DNA of 64,000 nucleotides from an uncultured Candidatus Saccharibacteria bacterium (lineage in GTDB: Bacteria; Patescibacteriota; Saccharimonadia; Saccharimonadales; UBA4665), in contig CAYROK010000001.1 of assembly GCA_964425975.1 (NCBI GenBank), forward strand, positions 44,052 through 108,051, given 5' to 3'. The notes under the pieces were generated by a model. The model did not search any database. It was given only the letters and a program-made list of their open reading frames with translations, and was not told the DNA's origin. The stretch's first letter is position 1; each line of letters opens with the position of its first letter. The translations under genes were made by a program, and so were the position numbers. Shown here piece by piece: positions 1 through 14,439 of this stretch.

Positions 1-294
1 CTCTAACTCCGTGGCGTCCATAGTAAGCAGCTCGTCAAACGTGCCTTCGACATCATCAACCTGCCAATACACCACTGCTCCCGCCGGTTTATCGGGAAAG
101 GCAAGGTAGGGTGCATAGCTACTGTCGATAATGCCTATTTCCGTTTCGTAATCTCCAACCCGAAACTCCGTGTACCCCGGCCGCTCAAAATACGGCTTCG
201 TTTTCAACAATTCACCGTACCACCTTATAGCCCTTGCATGGTCGGCTGCCCATAAACTAATGGTTGCGATGCCTCGTAATGTCGTCATATTCAT
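1..294 (-). CDS. VOC/glyoxalase-family protein, C-terminus cut by window edge
   Basis: Own reverse translation from ATG 294 (or 288): MNMTTLRGIATISLWAADHARAIRWYGELLKTKPYFERPGYTEFRVGDYETEIGIID...; open to position 1. Confidence 0.5.
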   Translation of the reverse strand, partial: MNMTTLRGIATISLWAADHARAIRWYGELLKTKPYFERPGYTEFRVGDYETEIGIIDSSYAPYLAFPDKPAGAVVYWQVDDVEGTFDELLTMDATELE

Positions 295-334
295 ATCTCC
301 TTTATTAGCATTACCATGCCGTATACTATAGATA

Positions 335-1150
335 GTGAAGGACGATGTATTACAAAAATCCGCAGTTAGCCAAGAACCGAGAGGACGGCTTGACCCGAAA
401 GACTTTCATGAGCATGTTGATTTTCAGGCATTTGCACCGCCAGCCGATCTTGCGTTTTTTATTGAGCACTTTTGGGTTATACGTACGAAGCAGAGCGGCA
501 AAACATACAGTTCCGAACAGCTTATGCACCGACCTTATGTCGATATATTTCTATCAAGCGAGCAATCAGGTATCCAAGGCACCTTTTGTAGCGCGCGGCG
601 CTATGCCGCTGATGCTCATGCTCGAATCATCGGTATTCGCTTTCGGCCAGGGTCGTTCCATGCGTTTTACGGTGATAAGATGGTAGATTTGCGTGATAGT
701 ATCGTCGAGTTAGCGCAAGTTTTGCCTTCATTTGATGCGAAATATATCAAGCAGCTACTAGAGCTTGACGATCAGACAATTTTTAGTAAACTCATACAAC
801 AATTACGAATAATACGGCCAGAACGAGATGCTAATATTGAGCTGGTGTGTACCGTTATCGATATGGTGGAGGTTGATGACAAGCTCCAAACCGTGACAGA
901 TATCGCCAGAGCTATTGGTAAAAGTGAGCGTTGGTTGCAGCACCTTTTTCAGGAATATGTTGGAGTTGGCCTCAAATGGTTTTTGCAGACTAAACGACTG
1001 CTTGCAGCGGCGCAGTGCATACGGAGTGGTGCTGTAGATTACGCAGGGCTGACTTACGACGCAGGTTACAGCAGTCAGCAACACTTCATAACTGACTTCA
1101 GACGAGTGCTCGGTAAAACGCCAAAGCAGTATAAAATGGAAGTAGTATGA
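335..1150 (+). CDS. AraC-family transcriptional regulator
   Basis: 271-aa ORF; C-terminal AraC-type HTH (SERWLQHLFQEYVGVGLKW...YSSQQHFITDFRRVLGKTPKQYK); GTG start 7 nt after TATACT (322-327). Confidence 0.8.
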   Translation: MKDDVLQKSAVSQEPRGRLDPKDFHEHVDFQAFAPPADLAFFIEHFWVIRTKQSGKTYSSEQLMHRPYVDIFLSSEQSGIQGTFCSARRYAADAHARIIGIRFRPGSFHAFYGDKMVDLRDSIVELAQVLPSFDAKYIKQLLELDDQTIFSKLIQQLRIIRPERDANIELVCTVIDMVEVDDKLQTVTDIARAIGKSERWLQHLFQEYVGVGLKWFLQTKRLLAAAQCIRSGAVDYAGLTYDAGYSSQQHFITDFRRVLGKTPKQYKMEVV

Positions 1151-1485
1151 AACCCAACCTACCAATAGTTGCCTTTGCCTCTCTTGCCGAGCTACACACC
1201 TGGCTCGAACACAACCACACCTCATCGAAGGGTATATTTGTTCGCATCTACAAGAAGGCATCCAATATGAGTAGTGTTAGTTTTGAAGACGTGCTCGAGG
1301 AAGGACTTTGTTTTGGCTGGAGCGAAAGCGTTAGACTCGTAGGCGATGACCAGTCATACCTCCAAAAGTTTACGCCACGACTGAACAAAGGCACGACATC
1401 GGAGCGGAACCGCCGTTATGCTACACGGCTCATCAAAGAAGGGCGAATGCAACCTTCAGGGCTAGCAGCTTTAGGCGATCTATAG
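1147..1485 (+). CDS. YdeI/OmpD-associated family protein
   Basis: 112-aa ORF overlapping the AraC stop by 4 nt; WLEHNH...GIFVRIYKK...EEGLCFGW pattern typical of the YdeI/OmdA family. Confidence 0.55.
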   Translation: MKPNLPIVAFASLAELHTWLEHNHTSSKGIFVRIYKKASNMSSVSFEDVLEEGLCFGWSESVRLVGDDQSYLQKFTPRLNKGTTSERNRRYATRLIKEGRMQPSGLAALGDL

Positions 1486-1726
1486 ATATGTTGTTTGACT
1501 GCGCGAAGCGCAATCGACCCGACCAGAAACACCCTTTTCAAAATCCAAAAAATCTCGACGGGGGAAATCTCAAAAAATATGCAAAGGGTTTTTCTGGAGG
1601 AGCATAGTTCACGCTAGCGTCTGCTAGGGGGTAGGGCTTGTGCAATTCAGCACTTTTCCCAAAATAGATTCTAGTGAGGTCGTTAACTTCTACCACAACA
1701 TTTGGCTATTTTAGGACTTTTTAAAA

Positions 1727-3517
1727 TTATTTTGGCAAATAGCCAGTTTTGACGGCCCATTCGTTTACAGAATAGTACCGGTCTGCGTCGGTGTTGATTG
1801 TGTGCTCCTGCAAACCGCTAATTGAACCGCGGCTAAGGTACAACGCGACAGGCTGGTATAGCCCTATTGCCGGTGCGTCTTCCTGCCACGCTTTCATAAA
1901 CGGTTTATATTTCAGTGAACGAACCAATGTGTCTTGGCGGGTTCGGCCGCCTTCTAGCGCCGCATCGGCAACTGCTGATTTATATTCGGAAAAGTTCAGT
2001 CGGTTGCTACTCCTAGGATCTGCTTGTGTGCTACTCCAGTACGCATATACGTCCGGGTCAGGTCCAATAGATATTCTGTACAGTAACGCAGAATATGAGT
2101 GAGTCTCAACCGTACTCTGGAAGTCAGTAATCGGCTGCAAAACAACCTGCAGATCAACTCCAACACTCTTCCATAAGTTTTTTATCGACTTCAGTGTTGC
2201 TTGATTGTCTTTGGTGTCTTCCGCGACAACTAAAAAGCTGAGCGGTTGATTGTTTTTTGCACGAATTCCATCTTTCCCTTTCAACCAACCAGCCTGCTCA
2301 AGCACCGCTTCCGCAAGCTGTGGATTATAAGCTGGTTGCTCGTGTTCTTTTGCATACCCGAGTTGGCCGAGTAAGAATGGACCGTTTACTGGTCGCAAAT
2401 TTCCGCCCAGATCGTTTGTAATTTTCTGCTTATCAGTTGCTAACACTAATCCTTTTCGAACGCTAACGTCGGACAAGATCCCTTCGCTTGTTTTGAAAAA
2501 AAGCATAGTTGCAGCTGTGGTTGTAAAACGTTGCACATTGAGTGATCTATCGTTTTTAAGCGATTCTGGTATATTTTTCAGCCCTGCAATGGCTTCAATC
2601 GAACGTTTTTTGTAGGCAGCAACAAGTTGCTCTTCATCATCGTATACATGGAGTACAAATCCATCGAGTTTCGGTTTACCGCCTGCGTAGTTTTCGAAAG
2701 ATTTTAAAGAAACGAGCGTTGTTGCGTCGCCAAGACCAGCACCACTTCCAATCTGCAAATCAGCCCACTTAAATGGCCCCGCCCCCACGGGTATGGTTGT
2801 GTTGAAACTATCAGCCCGTAGCTGTGAAGCAGGAATTTTAGCAAGAATATGTTCTGGCAAAATCCCGGTTGTCAAGCTGTGAGGAAATGCCGTAAGTGCG
2901 GTAGGTAACGTAAACACAACAGTGTTTGGTTTGGGAGAGGATATACCAATACCTTGCCAACTGCTAAACAATGGCGAACGGGCATCCGGATTTTGGATAA
3001 GTTTATAGGTAAACACTACATCCTCGGCTGTCAAGTGTCTTCCGTCATGCCAAGTCAGGTTCTGCCGGAGCGTTACCGTGTATTGTTTTCCGGAATCGTC
3101 AACACTGTAATTGTCCGCTAAATCTCCAGCTAATTCATTTTGAGTATTGTATTTTAGCAGTCCAGCAAATACCAACCGGGATACACTTGTATCAACAGGA
3201 CCATTGGCGTATATGGGGTTGGCGTTACTATATGTGCCAAGCATAGCTTCGTTAAATGTCCCTCCCTCGACTGGGCCTGGGCGTAAATAGTAGCTTCGTA
3301 GTTGTACTGTTTGTAAGACCGTCAGAATGCCTATTGTGACGACCAGAAATAACCAACCGCCCACGAATCTTTTAACATCTAGGAGGCGTTCCAATCGATC
3401 GATAAAGTTTGCATCAAAACCCGTCTCAGCCCGAAGAGTAGCTTCTTCGACTTTTCGTTGCCTTTGCCGCAAGGTACGGCGTAAGCGCAGTTTTGTTGCA
3501 CGAGTGATTATTTGCAT
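1727..3517 (-). CDS. ABC-transporter substrate-binding protein, family 5 (peptide/nickel type), N-terminal membrane anchor
   Basis: 596-aa ORF; TM helix WLFLVVTIGILTVL, then an SBP_bac_5-like body (YTVTLRQNLTWHDGRHLTAEDVVFTYK); no permease or ATPase genes adjacent. Confidence 0.75.
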   Translation of the reverse strand: MQIITRATKLRLRRTLRQRQRKVEEATLRAETGFDANFIDRLERLLDVKRFVGGWLFLVVTIGILTVLQTVQLRSYYLRPGPVEGGTFNEAMLGTYSNANPIYANGPVDTSVSRLVFAGLLKYNTQNELAGDLADNYSVDDSGKQYTVTLRQNLTWHDGRHLTAEDVVFTYKLIQNPDARSPLFSSWQGIGISSPKPNTVVFTLPTALTAFPHSLTTGILPEHILAKIPASQLRADSFNTTIPVGAGPFKWADLQIGSGAGLGDATTLVSLKSFENYAGGKPKLDGFVLHVYDDEEQLVAAYKKRSIEAIAGLKNIPESLKNDRSLNVQRFTTTAATMLFFKTSEGILSDVSVRKGLVLATDKQKITNDLGGNLRPVNGPFLLGQLGYAKEHEQPAYNPQLAEAVLEQAGWLKGKDGIRAKNNQPLSFLVVAEDTKDNQATLKSIKNLWKSVGVDLQVVLQPITDFQSTVETHSYSALLYRISIGPDPDVYAYWSSTQADPRSSNRLNFSEYKSAVADAALEGGRTRQDTLVRSLKYKPFMKAWQEDAPAIGLYQPVALYLSRGSISGLQEHTINTDADRYYSVNEWAVKTGYLPK

Positions 3518-3544
3518 AACCGACGAGCTCCCACCGAAAACTTA

Positions 3545-3760
3545 CTAACCAATTATTATTCCCGCTAGGAGCGACATGGTGAAAACAAGCGCGCTAACTA
3601 CCGTCAGCTGATATATCGTTTTGTCCGTACCACGGCGTTCAGTGTTAACCTCGCCGCTACTCCCTATTCCTGCACCAAGTGAAGCACCTCTGGTCTGAAC
3701 CAAAATTAGTAGGGTCATAAATAGCATAGATCCTATCGCAATGTAATTATATATACTCAT
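3545..3760 (-). CDS. secG: preprotein translocase subunit SecG
   Basis: 71 aa, two TM helices flanking a Gly-rich loop (LVQTRGASLGAGIGSSGE). Confidence 0.7.
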   Translation of the reverse strand: MSIYNYIAIGSMLFMTLLILVQTRGASLGAGIGSSGEVNTERRGTDKTIYQLTVVSALVFTMSLLAGIIIG

Positions 3761-4134
3761 CGTGATTCCAGTATAGCGGTGACGAGGTAATTTACCAAGC
3801 CAATGATAAGCCCAGTCAAAATAGCAACACTGAAACTTTCTATGTGGAGTGGATCATATAGAACGCTTGCAAGATACACAGTGGCGCCGTTGATCACCAG
3901 CATAAACAAACCGAGTGTCAGAAGGATTGCAGGCAGACTTAAAACCACTATAACCGGTTTTATGAGCGAATTTATGAGAGCCAAAATAGCTCCAGCGGCC
4001 ACCACGACAGCCAAACGATTTTGATAATCAACAGAACCTTGAAGTAGTCCGGCGGCAACCCAGAGACCCAAGCTGCAAACAAACCACCGCAAAGCAAAGG
4101 TCGAAAGAAATCCCCGTTGCTCGACACGCGTCAT
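3757..4134 (-). CDS. phage-holin-4_2/DUF360-family membrane protein
   Basis: 125 aa, 4 TM segments, VINGATVYLASVL pattern; 4-nt overlap with secG. Confidence 0.55.
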   Translation of the reverse strand: MTRVEQRGFLSTFALRWFVCSLGLWVAAGLLQGSVDYQNRLAVVVAAGAILALINSLIKPVIVVLSLPAILLTLGLFMLVINGATVYLASVLYDPLHIESFSVAILTGLIIGLVNYLVTAILESR

Positions 4135-4143
4135 ACATAACCA

Positions 4144-5382
4144 TTATAAAAGATAAGCGTCATAGGGGCAATGTTCACTCAAGTTTTCGTTTCCACTAGC
4201 AGTAATTACGAGGTCATCCTCAATTCGTACACCGATACCTTCTTCGGGTATATATATTCCGGGTTCACAGGTAAGCACCATGTTTTCAGCCAACGGGTGT
4301 TCGTAAAACCCAACGTCATGGACGTCGAGCCCTAAAAAATGAGAGGTTGCATGAGGGTAGTAGCGACGAACCCCTTCAAAGTTATTCACTGAATTAATAA
4401 GGCCGAGTTCTTTCAGCGATCGAGCCATTTTTTGTACGACCTCATGTTCGTATTCACGCAGCAAAACACCTGGCTTCAATAGCCGTTGCGCCTCTGCCTG
4501 AACTGTAACCACGGCGTCATGAATCGCTTGCTGTCGAGCGCTTGGTTTTCGTGCTGAAATCGTGCGTGTAATGTCTGCAGCATATCCGATGTACTCTGCG
4601 CCTGCATCGACGACAATCAGTTCGTTTTTTGCTAGGGGTGAGCTATTTTGAGTGTAATGCAGTGTAGTCGCGTTTTTGCCAGCTGCTACAATAGGTTCAT
4701 AGGCGTGGCCGTCTGCGCCTGCTGTTCGAAAAGCTCGCGTCAAATCAGCCTCAAGCTCATACTCATAACCATAGCTGGCCAGCATTGAGGAGCTACGAAT
4801 CTGGGAAAAAGATTCTGTTGTGATGTTTACAGCCTGACGAATTGCCTCTAGTTCTTCTGGTTGTTTTACGACTCTAAGTTTGGTGAGGTGCTCTCGGATA
4901 TCGTTGGTGACAAGCCCGGGCCTTGCACGCCGCAGCCGTCCTGCGAGTCGTTTCCGTGCGGGATTCAGAAAAAAGTTGTACCCAGAATGGTACGAAGCTC
5001 CAACCGAAATGGTATAAACAGATTTGTGTGTTTGTAAATCACTCTTAAGTCTCCGCCAACCATGTCGATACTCCAGCACTGTACCAATACCCGAGATTCG
5101 CGTCATCATCGACATATCGAGCGCTCCATCAAATACATCTTTTGTGGCACTGGTTTTTGGAACGATTAGGTACTCGTCGTCCGATGTCATGACGAAAACT
5201 ACATCAGCATCATTTATACCTGTGAGGTACCAGAAGTTTCTGTCTTGGCAAAACGGAAAAGTCGTATCTGCGCTCCGTTGCAACGTACCGTTTGCCGTCA
5301 AAGCCACGAGCGCGCCACTCGGCAAAGCTGCGCGCAGGCGTCGCCGATTTCCTACAAAGAACTGTTGAGTAAATGAATTCAT
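4144..5382 (-). CDS. pepP: Xaa-Pro aminopeptidase (M24B)
   Basis: M24 metal-ligand motifs (VVDAGAEYIGYAADITRT, HATSHFLGLDVHD, EPGIY, IEDD); start moved to ATG 5382 because TATACT (5390-5395) lies 7 nt upstream. Confidence 0.85.
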   Translation of the reverse strand: MNSFTQQFFVGNRRRLRAALPSGALVALTANGTLQRSADTTFPFCQDRNFWYLTGINDADVVFVMTSDDEYLIVPKTSATKDVFDGALDMSMMTRISGIGTVLEYRHGWRRLKSDLQTHKSVYTISVGASYHSGYNFFLNPARKRLAGRLRRARPGLVTNDIREHLTKLRVVKQPEELEAIRQAVNITTESFSQIRSSSMLASYGYEYELEADLTRAFRTAGADGHAYEPIVAAGKNATTLHYTQNSSPLAKNELIVVDAGAEYIGYAADITRTISARKPSARQQAIHDAVVTVQAEAQRLLKPGVLLREYEHEVVQKMARSLKELGLINSVNNFEGVRRYYPHATSHFLGLDVHDVGFYEHPLAENMVLTCEPGIYIPEEGIGVRIEDDLVITASGNENLSEHCPYDAYLL

Positions 5383-5608
5383 ATCCGCTAGTATACTGGA
5401 CTTACTCGAAACTCCCACCACCCCAGACACATCATCAGCGTTCGTGGGCCAGTTTTCTCTCTTCAGAGTATCTACGCTACTCTTCCTCCAGATAAGCAGC
5501 TCTCTGAATCACACGCTGATGCCACTAGATGCGGAGCGATTTTGCGCGGGGTCCAGTATGGCCACCGTTCGACAGTTATATCGAGCTCAAATTTGTATAG
5601 CGAGAGAC

Positions 5609-6841
5609 TTAGCGGAGCCGGGTCAAGCGCCACCAAAGACTTGGATTCGTCGCAGGTTGATTCAAATATAGCGAAGTGCTTGTATGCGTTTCGCCTGTTT
5701 GCAATGCAATAGCACCTACTGTTTGCGAGTGCGTTCCGGTAGTTTGTGTGAGGGTTTGGCGTGTTTTTATTGTGTGGGGTTTCCAGCGTACGATCGCAAG
5801 CTCGCCCTTCACCAGAACCGGAACTGTTTTTCCCCAAGCGGTTACCAGCGTACCTACCTGCTCATTTTGGCCTGCTACGATGACTTTTTCAAAATCATCC
5901 TCGAGACTTGAGACTACTTTGACCGATTTGTCGATGGCGTCCTGTAAGCTCTCGGCCCCCATAACAGCGCCAGAGAGCTGGATTTTTGTTTGACCAAGCG
6001 GTAAATCTGCCGTAAACAGGAGCGCTCCAGGGTTTTGGTCATTGTTTCCGGTTTTTAAGCCATTTATGCCAGCCAGCCCCAGAGCTCTATTGTAATTTTC
6101 ATATTCACCCGCATACGGCAATACGACGTTTTTTTGCCCTGCAATTTGCATAAGCACTGGGTTTTTTCTGGCCAATAACCCTAGTCGCGCCAGGTCTGTT
6201 GCACTGCTCGTGGTGCTCGGGTCAAGCCCACTCGCGTCTAAACCAACGTGGGTTTGCACGAGACCATGCCTTTGGAGAAATTCGTTAGCATAAGTACTGT
6301 ATGCTCCAATATCACCGAACGCCCAACCCGCTAACGTATCCGCAATATTATTGGCCGAAGGAATCATTAGCGCCTGAATTGCCTGATATTCACTGAGTTG
6401 CATGCCAATTTTCACTGGAATTCGTGAGCCATTACTTTGAACTTGTTTTTCGTATAGCGCTATGTCGCGACTCTGTATCGTTATGAGCGGGCCGGATTCA
6501 TTCAGTTTCAAGGGGTGTTTTTCTAACACACAAAGCGCCGTAATTACCTTGGCTATACTTGCAGTTGCAAGTGGCTCAGCACTACCGTGGAACGCAATGA
6601 CACCATAACCTTCGGCAGCAACAGCTACTCGATTATCGTCGGGCCACGCAACGGTAGTTTCAGCTACAGGCTGGGGTACGCGCAAAGTAAGCTTGATGAC
6701 CGCATTGGGTAGCGGACGGAACAGTTGGAGTGCCACAGCAACAAAAAAAATCAAAAGGAGTGTCAACGCGCCTCGGTGCACGCGGCGTTTCTGCCGCCTT
6801 GAGCGTAAACGCGTGGGCTGAGTCGGAGTAACAAGACGCAT
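5609..6841 (-). CDS. D-alanyl-D-alanine carboxypeptidase (S11, PBP5-like)
   Basis: 410 aa; N-terminal TM anchor, SxxK motif (ASIAKVITA), SAN and KTG motifs (IPSANN, LKTGN). Confidence 0.8.
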   Translation of the reverse strand: MRLVTPTQPTRLRSRRQKRRVHRGALTLLLIFFVAVALQLFRPLPNAVIKLTLRVPQPVAETTVAWPDDNRVAVAAEGYGVIAFHGSAEPLATASIAKVITALCVLEKHPLKLNESGPLITIQSRDIALYEKQVQSNGSRIPVKIGMQLSEYQAIQALMIPSANNIADTLAGWAFGDIGAYSTYANEFLQRHGLVQTHVGLDASGLDPSTTSSATDLARLGLLARKNPVLMQIAGQKNVVLPYAGEYENYNRALGLAGINGLKTGNNDQNPGALLFTADLPLGQTKIQLSGAVMGAESLQDAIDKSVKVVSSLEDDFEKVIVAGQNEQVGTLVTAWGKTVPVLVKGELAIVRWKPHTIKTRQTLTQTTGTHSQTVGAIALQTGETHTSTSLYLNQPATNPSLWWRLTRLR

Positions 6842-6945
6842 ATGCTCATCATACCATCGCCGTTGTGCGTGGGGCTAGGCATAAGCTATACTAGATTCAA
6901 AGAGAGGTAATACTTGACGCCGAGTGCTCAAGAAATGAAATACGT

Positions 6946-10496
<3,551 letters not shown>

Positions 10497-10500
<4 letters not shown>

Positions 10501-11198
10501 AAAGAAAACATACAACATTTTATTGTTTTTCGCCGCCGGTAGTGCTGGCAACATTCGTAATTGAAATTGCGCTTGCGGTATGGGTACTGTGGCGATATAA
10601 ACACACGTTATTGGTCAAATTGACTGCTATTATGCTCGTGTGTTTGGCCTTTTTTCAGCTAGCAGAATATAACATTTGTGAAGAAATTTTTGGTCTCTCG
10701 GGGCTCACTTGGGCAAGAATGGGCTATGTGGCAATTTCAGCGCTGCCCGCACTTGGTATACACATACTTACATTGATTGCCGGGAAAAAGGTGCCCTGGC
10801 TCGTGTCAGTCTCTTACGCCGCTATGGTTGTGTTTATGGCATATTTTTTACTCTCAACGAACGGTCTCAGCGCTTACACATGCGGAGGAAACTACGTCAT
10901 ATTTAAAACCAGTAATCTTGCGACTTCCTGGTATACATTGTACTACTATGGTTTTGTCGGACTGACAACAATCAGCGCTTGGTTATTGGCGAAGAAAACC
11001 ACGCAGCCTCAAACGCGGTCAGCCCTCTATGGCATGACGGCAGCGTATCTAATGCTGATAGTTCCCGTTGCTACAGTGAATATCATCAATCCGGCGCTAA
11101 TTCACGGGGTGCCGAGTATCATGTGTGGATTTGCTGTTTTTCTCGCCCTGACAATTACATTGTATGTTCTACCACGAACTGCGCATAAAAGGGGTTGA
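10497..11198 (+). CDS. hypothetical 7-TM membrane protein
   Basis: 233-aa ORF coupled to rdgB by a 4-nt overlap; all-hydrophobic helices. Confidence 0.5.
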
Positions 11199-11377
11199 AG
11201 CGGCTCTAGATTAGGCTTACGCTTAGGGTAGTTCGTGCGCAATTTGCGGCGCTTGAAACAAACACTTTAAAAATAATGTTTTGTGCCGGTAGCGTGTGCC
11301 ACAGCATACACACACTAAGCGGTCGTCTCTCATTTGACGCTTCACCCGCCGCAGGGTGGGCGCGCACGAAGTGAAAA

Positions 11378-11402
11378 ACAGGTCCTAGAGGGGCCTGTTT
11401 TT
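11378..11402 (+). terminator. intrinsic terminator
   Basis: ACAGGTCC-tagag-GGGCCTGT stem followed by TTTTTGT. Confidence 0.6.
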
Positions 11403-11584
11403 GTAATATCCCATCTACCCTACGTTGCCGGGATACGGCTTTGGTGCGGTCTGAAATTCGCAGGTGCCTATTTCCAGCTCGCTGAAGAAAATATTCTTTC
11501 TCGCTCGCTCAATATATGGAATTATTTATGGGACAAAATAGCGGCTTTTTTAGTAATTTCAGATGTCGCATAATATGATTGCAA

Positions 11585-12466
11585 ATGAAGAGTTTGACAA
11601 AATCAGCCCGAATTGAGCGCATAGCATCTGGCGAGGCAAGGAACCTGCTCCAAAGGGATTACAAAAAATATGGAAAAGTTGTTACTGGATTATATATTGG
11701 AGGTCCTTTGCCAACCTTTAGTCTGGCTCGGGCGGCATATTTCTTTGCTCGCCATATAGATGACATATTAGACGAGCAAGATGTGTCTGATGACAGTGGT
11801 TTAGGCCAACAATACAAATTGCCTCGTGACCTGTCCAGCCTTCTGGTTTCTAGACATCATATTGCCCAGCTCGGCGCATATTCCTTAAACGAGTTAAACC
11901 AACGTAAACACGCTGGGGATAATCCTTCCGACGACATGCAGCGTCTCTTAAACGCCATGTACTTTGATTACCACCGAGCAAAAGAAGGAAGAACATTAAC
12001 AATAGCGGAGCTAGACCAATACTTCAATGATACTATGCGGGCAACAAACCTTATGCTTATCGGTGTTCGTTCACGGTATAGGCAGGATGCTGACTTCCCT
12101 GATTTTGCATCGGCAATTGGTGCAACATACTCAGCACGTGACATGGCAATTGACTGGAAACGAGGGATTTGCAACATTCCATCAGAAGTATTGTCAAGCG
12201 ACTTTCCTTCCCAACCCCTAGCCCTGGAATTGCAGGTCGTTTTAGACGCACCCATCGTACACGAATGGTACCTGGAGCAACTCTCGAACGCAAAAAACAC
12301 TTTTGGTGATGTCCTGCAACGCACCCCTTCTATAGCAGATTACACTTTTGGACGCGGCCCAAAAGCTAGTAGAGATATAGGCGGATTAATCGTAAACGCA
12401 TTTGCCAGCGGAGGCTTGCGGGTAGCGGAAGAGCATTTACGATCGTTCTCTGTATCAAGCTCGTAA
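11585..12466 (+). CDS. squalene/phytoene-synthase-family protein
   Basis: Asp-rich motif FFARHIDDILDE and second motif YSARDMAIDWKRGICNIPSE (RDxxxDxxRGxxxxP); ATG 11585 lies 8 nt after TAATAT (TTG 11579 is an alternative start). Confidence 0.55.
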   Translation: MKSLTKSARIERIASGEARNLLQRDYKKYGKVVTGLYIGGPLPTFSLARAAYFFARHIDDILDEQDVSDDSGLGQQYKLPRDLSSLLVSRHHIAQLGAYSLNELNQRKHAGDNPSDDMQRLLNAMYFDYHRAKEGRTLTIAELDQYFNDTMRATNLMLIGVRSRYRQDADFPDFASAIGATYSARDMAIDWKRGICNIPSEVLSSDFPSQPLALELQVVLDAPIVHEWYLEQLSNAKNTFGDVLQRTPSIADYTFGRGPKASRDIGGLIVNAFASGGLRVAEEHLRSFSVSSS

Positions 12467-12615
12467 ACTGCTGTTCTCTTCTACATATTTTTTGTATAAT
12501 CATATATGTTCGATTTACCTCGTCTTCGGATCTAGGGAAAAGAGAGCCGGACAAAAAGTCACGCATTTTTGACCGTGCGTGGAGAAAAACCGTGGGTTTG
12601 TCTCCAGGTTTTCAT

Positions 12616-12691
12616 AGGAGAGTAGCTCAGTTGGTAGAGCATCGGTCTCCAAAACCGAGGGTCGCAGGTTCGAGTCCTGTCTCTCCTGCCA
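12616..12691 (+). tRNA. trnW: tRNA-Trp (CCA anticodon), CCA end encoded
   Basis: Hand-folded cloverleaf: AGGAGAG/CTCTCCT acceptor, GCTC..GAGC D arm, anticodon loop CTCCAAA, GCAGG-TTCGAGT-CCTGT T arm. Confidence 0.95.
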
Positions 12692-12699
12692 AAGCATTT

Positions 12700-13377
12700 A
12701 TGAAATTTACAGCACAACAGGCACGAGTAGCCATTTCAGATATCGAAAGCCAGCTTCAGACATATCTAGAGCAAAGTAAAAGTGTCTTATGGCTGACATC
12801 TGGCGGCTCGGCGATTGCTATCCAGGTGGAGATCATGAACCGACTGCATGCAGCAGCCCCAGAGAAGTTAAGTAGTATGATGATAATGCCCGTGGATGAG
12901 CGCTACGGTGTATATGGGCATGAAAACTCCAACACCTCCCAGATGCGCGCAGCCGGATTCAAGCCGGGCAGAGCTACTTGGTACGATGTGCTGGAGCAAA
13001 ACCTTCCCATGTCTGAAACCGTGAACCACTACGCTGAGCTTGCAGAGGACGCCTTCGCGCGAGCAGATGTGGTAGTAGCGACTTTGGGCATGGGACCAGA
13101 CGCTCATACAGCCGGGCTTCTGCCGGATAGCCCTGCAGTAGCAGGTACCGTATCAACAGTGGTTGGCTATAGTTGGTCCGACTACGAGCGCATGACGCTC
13201 GGGATTTCTGCACTACTCAAAATAAATCAGATATGGTTGCTTGCGTATGGTGACGCCAAGAAGGAAGCTTTGAAGCGGTTGCAGCGTAATGACGAGTCCA
13301 TAGAACAGCTCCCCGCCAAAATCTTGTATGACATTACAGACGTCACCGTCTATAATGACTTCATAGGACTTACGTAA
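12700..13377 (+). CDS. pgl: 6-phosphogluconolactonase
   Basis: ORF 12592-13377 overlaps the tRNA, so start set at in-frame ATG 12700 (MKFTAQQ...); SugarP_isomerase-like (LWLTSGGS, TLGMGPDAHTAGL); precedes gnd and zwf. Confidence 0.75.
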   Translation: MKFTAQQARVAISDIESQLQTYLEQSKSVLWLTSGGSAIAIQVEIMNRLHAAAPEKLSSMMIMPVDERYGVYGHENSNTSQMRAAGFKPGRATWYDVLEQNLPMSETVNHYAELAEDAFARADVVVATLGMGPDAHTAGLLPDSPAVAGTVSTVVGYSWSDYERMTLGISALLKINQIWLLAYGDAKKEALKRLQRNDESIEQLPAKILYDITDVTVYNDFIGLT

Positions 13378-13518
13378 AACGGTACATTCTGAGCGAAAGC
13401 CTCCGCTTTTCACTCGACCGTAACTCAAGTAAATTTCCGCTGCAGTGCTCAGCTTTCATCCCAGACTGCACCACTTTACATAAGTTCATAGATAATAAAT
13501 GTGAGGGGTAACAAGACT

Positions 13519-14439
13519 ATGAAAATAGCGATTCACGGCCTAGGTCGTATGGGGATGCAAATAGCACGCAAGCTTGCCGAAAGCGGTCATCACGAAGTGT
13601 ACGGGCACAACCGTAGCCCTGAGCCAATTGAAGAAGCAGCAAAATATGGGGTAAAACCCACCCCTGATATTTCGGTCATCCCAGGTGAATTTGGCGACCA
13701 ACGAGCACTCGTATGGGTTATGCTGCCTGCCGAAATAACCGAGCAGATTGTTTTAGACTGGACTACTCGCTTGCCAATGGGATCGGTCATAATAAACGGA
13801 GCCAACTTTGACTTTCGCGAAACAAAGAAACTAAACGAAAAAGTGAAATCAGCAGGCATGCACATGGTAGACATAGGGGTGAGCGGCGGTGTATGGGGCT
13901 ACAAAAACGGATTCCCCCTTATGTGCGGCAGTGACGAAGAAGAATCGTTCGACTTTGTTCGACCGGTGCTCGAAACGCTCGTTCAGCCCGGTGGGATGTA
14001 TGCACGATTTGGCACTAGCGGTGCCGGACACTATGTCAAAATGGTGCACAATGCCATTGAATACGGCATGATGCAAAGCCTTGGTGAAGGATTCCGCATG
14101 CTGCACGATGGACCGTATGCCGGCATGGATCTCGCAGCCGCAGCCGACCTTTGGCAGCATCACAGCGTTATTACAAGCTGGCTGACTGAACTGAGCCACG
14201 AGGCGCTTGCCGAAAACCCTGAGCTTGACGGTATTTCTGGATACGTTGCTGAAAGTGGCGAAGCGCGCTGGACACTTGAAGCCGCTCAGGAAATGGGCAT
14301 ACAGCTACCTGCGATTCAAGCTGCATTTGATGTTCGAGTTCGATCACAACAAGGTGAGACAAACTTCGCGACAAAAGTTGTTGCTGCCCAGCGCAACAAA
14401 TTTGGCGGGCACAATCTGAACGGTGAGGGAAAAGCATGA
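13519..14439 (+). CDS. gnd: 6-phosphogluconate dehydrogenase (decarboxylating, short Gnd-like form)
   Basis: MKIAIHGLGRMG Rossmann N-terminus, GAGHYVKMVHNAIEYGMMQ motif. Confidence 0.85.
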   Translation: MKIAIHGLGRMGMQIARKLAESGHHEVYGHNRSPEPIEEAAKYGVKPTPDISVIPGEFGDQRALVWVMLPAEITEQIVLDWTTRLPMGSVIINGANFDFRETKKLNEKVKSAGMHMVDIGVSGGVWGYKNGFPLMCGSDEEESFDFVRPVLETLVQPGGMYARFGTSGAGHYVKMVHNAIEYGMMQSLGEGFRMLHDGPYAGMDLAAAADLWQHHSVITSWLTELSHEALAENPELDGISGYVAESGEARWTLEAAQEMGIQLPAIQAAFDVRVRSQQGETNFATKVVAAQRNKFGGHNLNGEGKA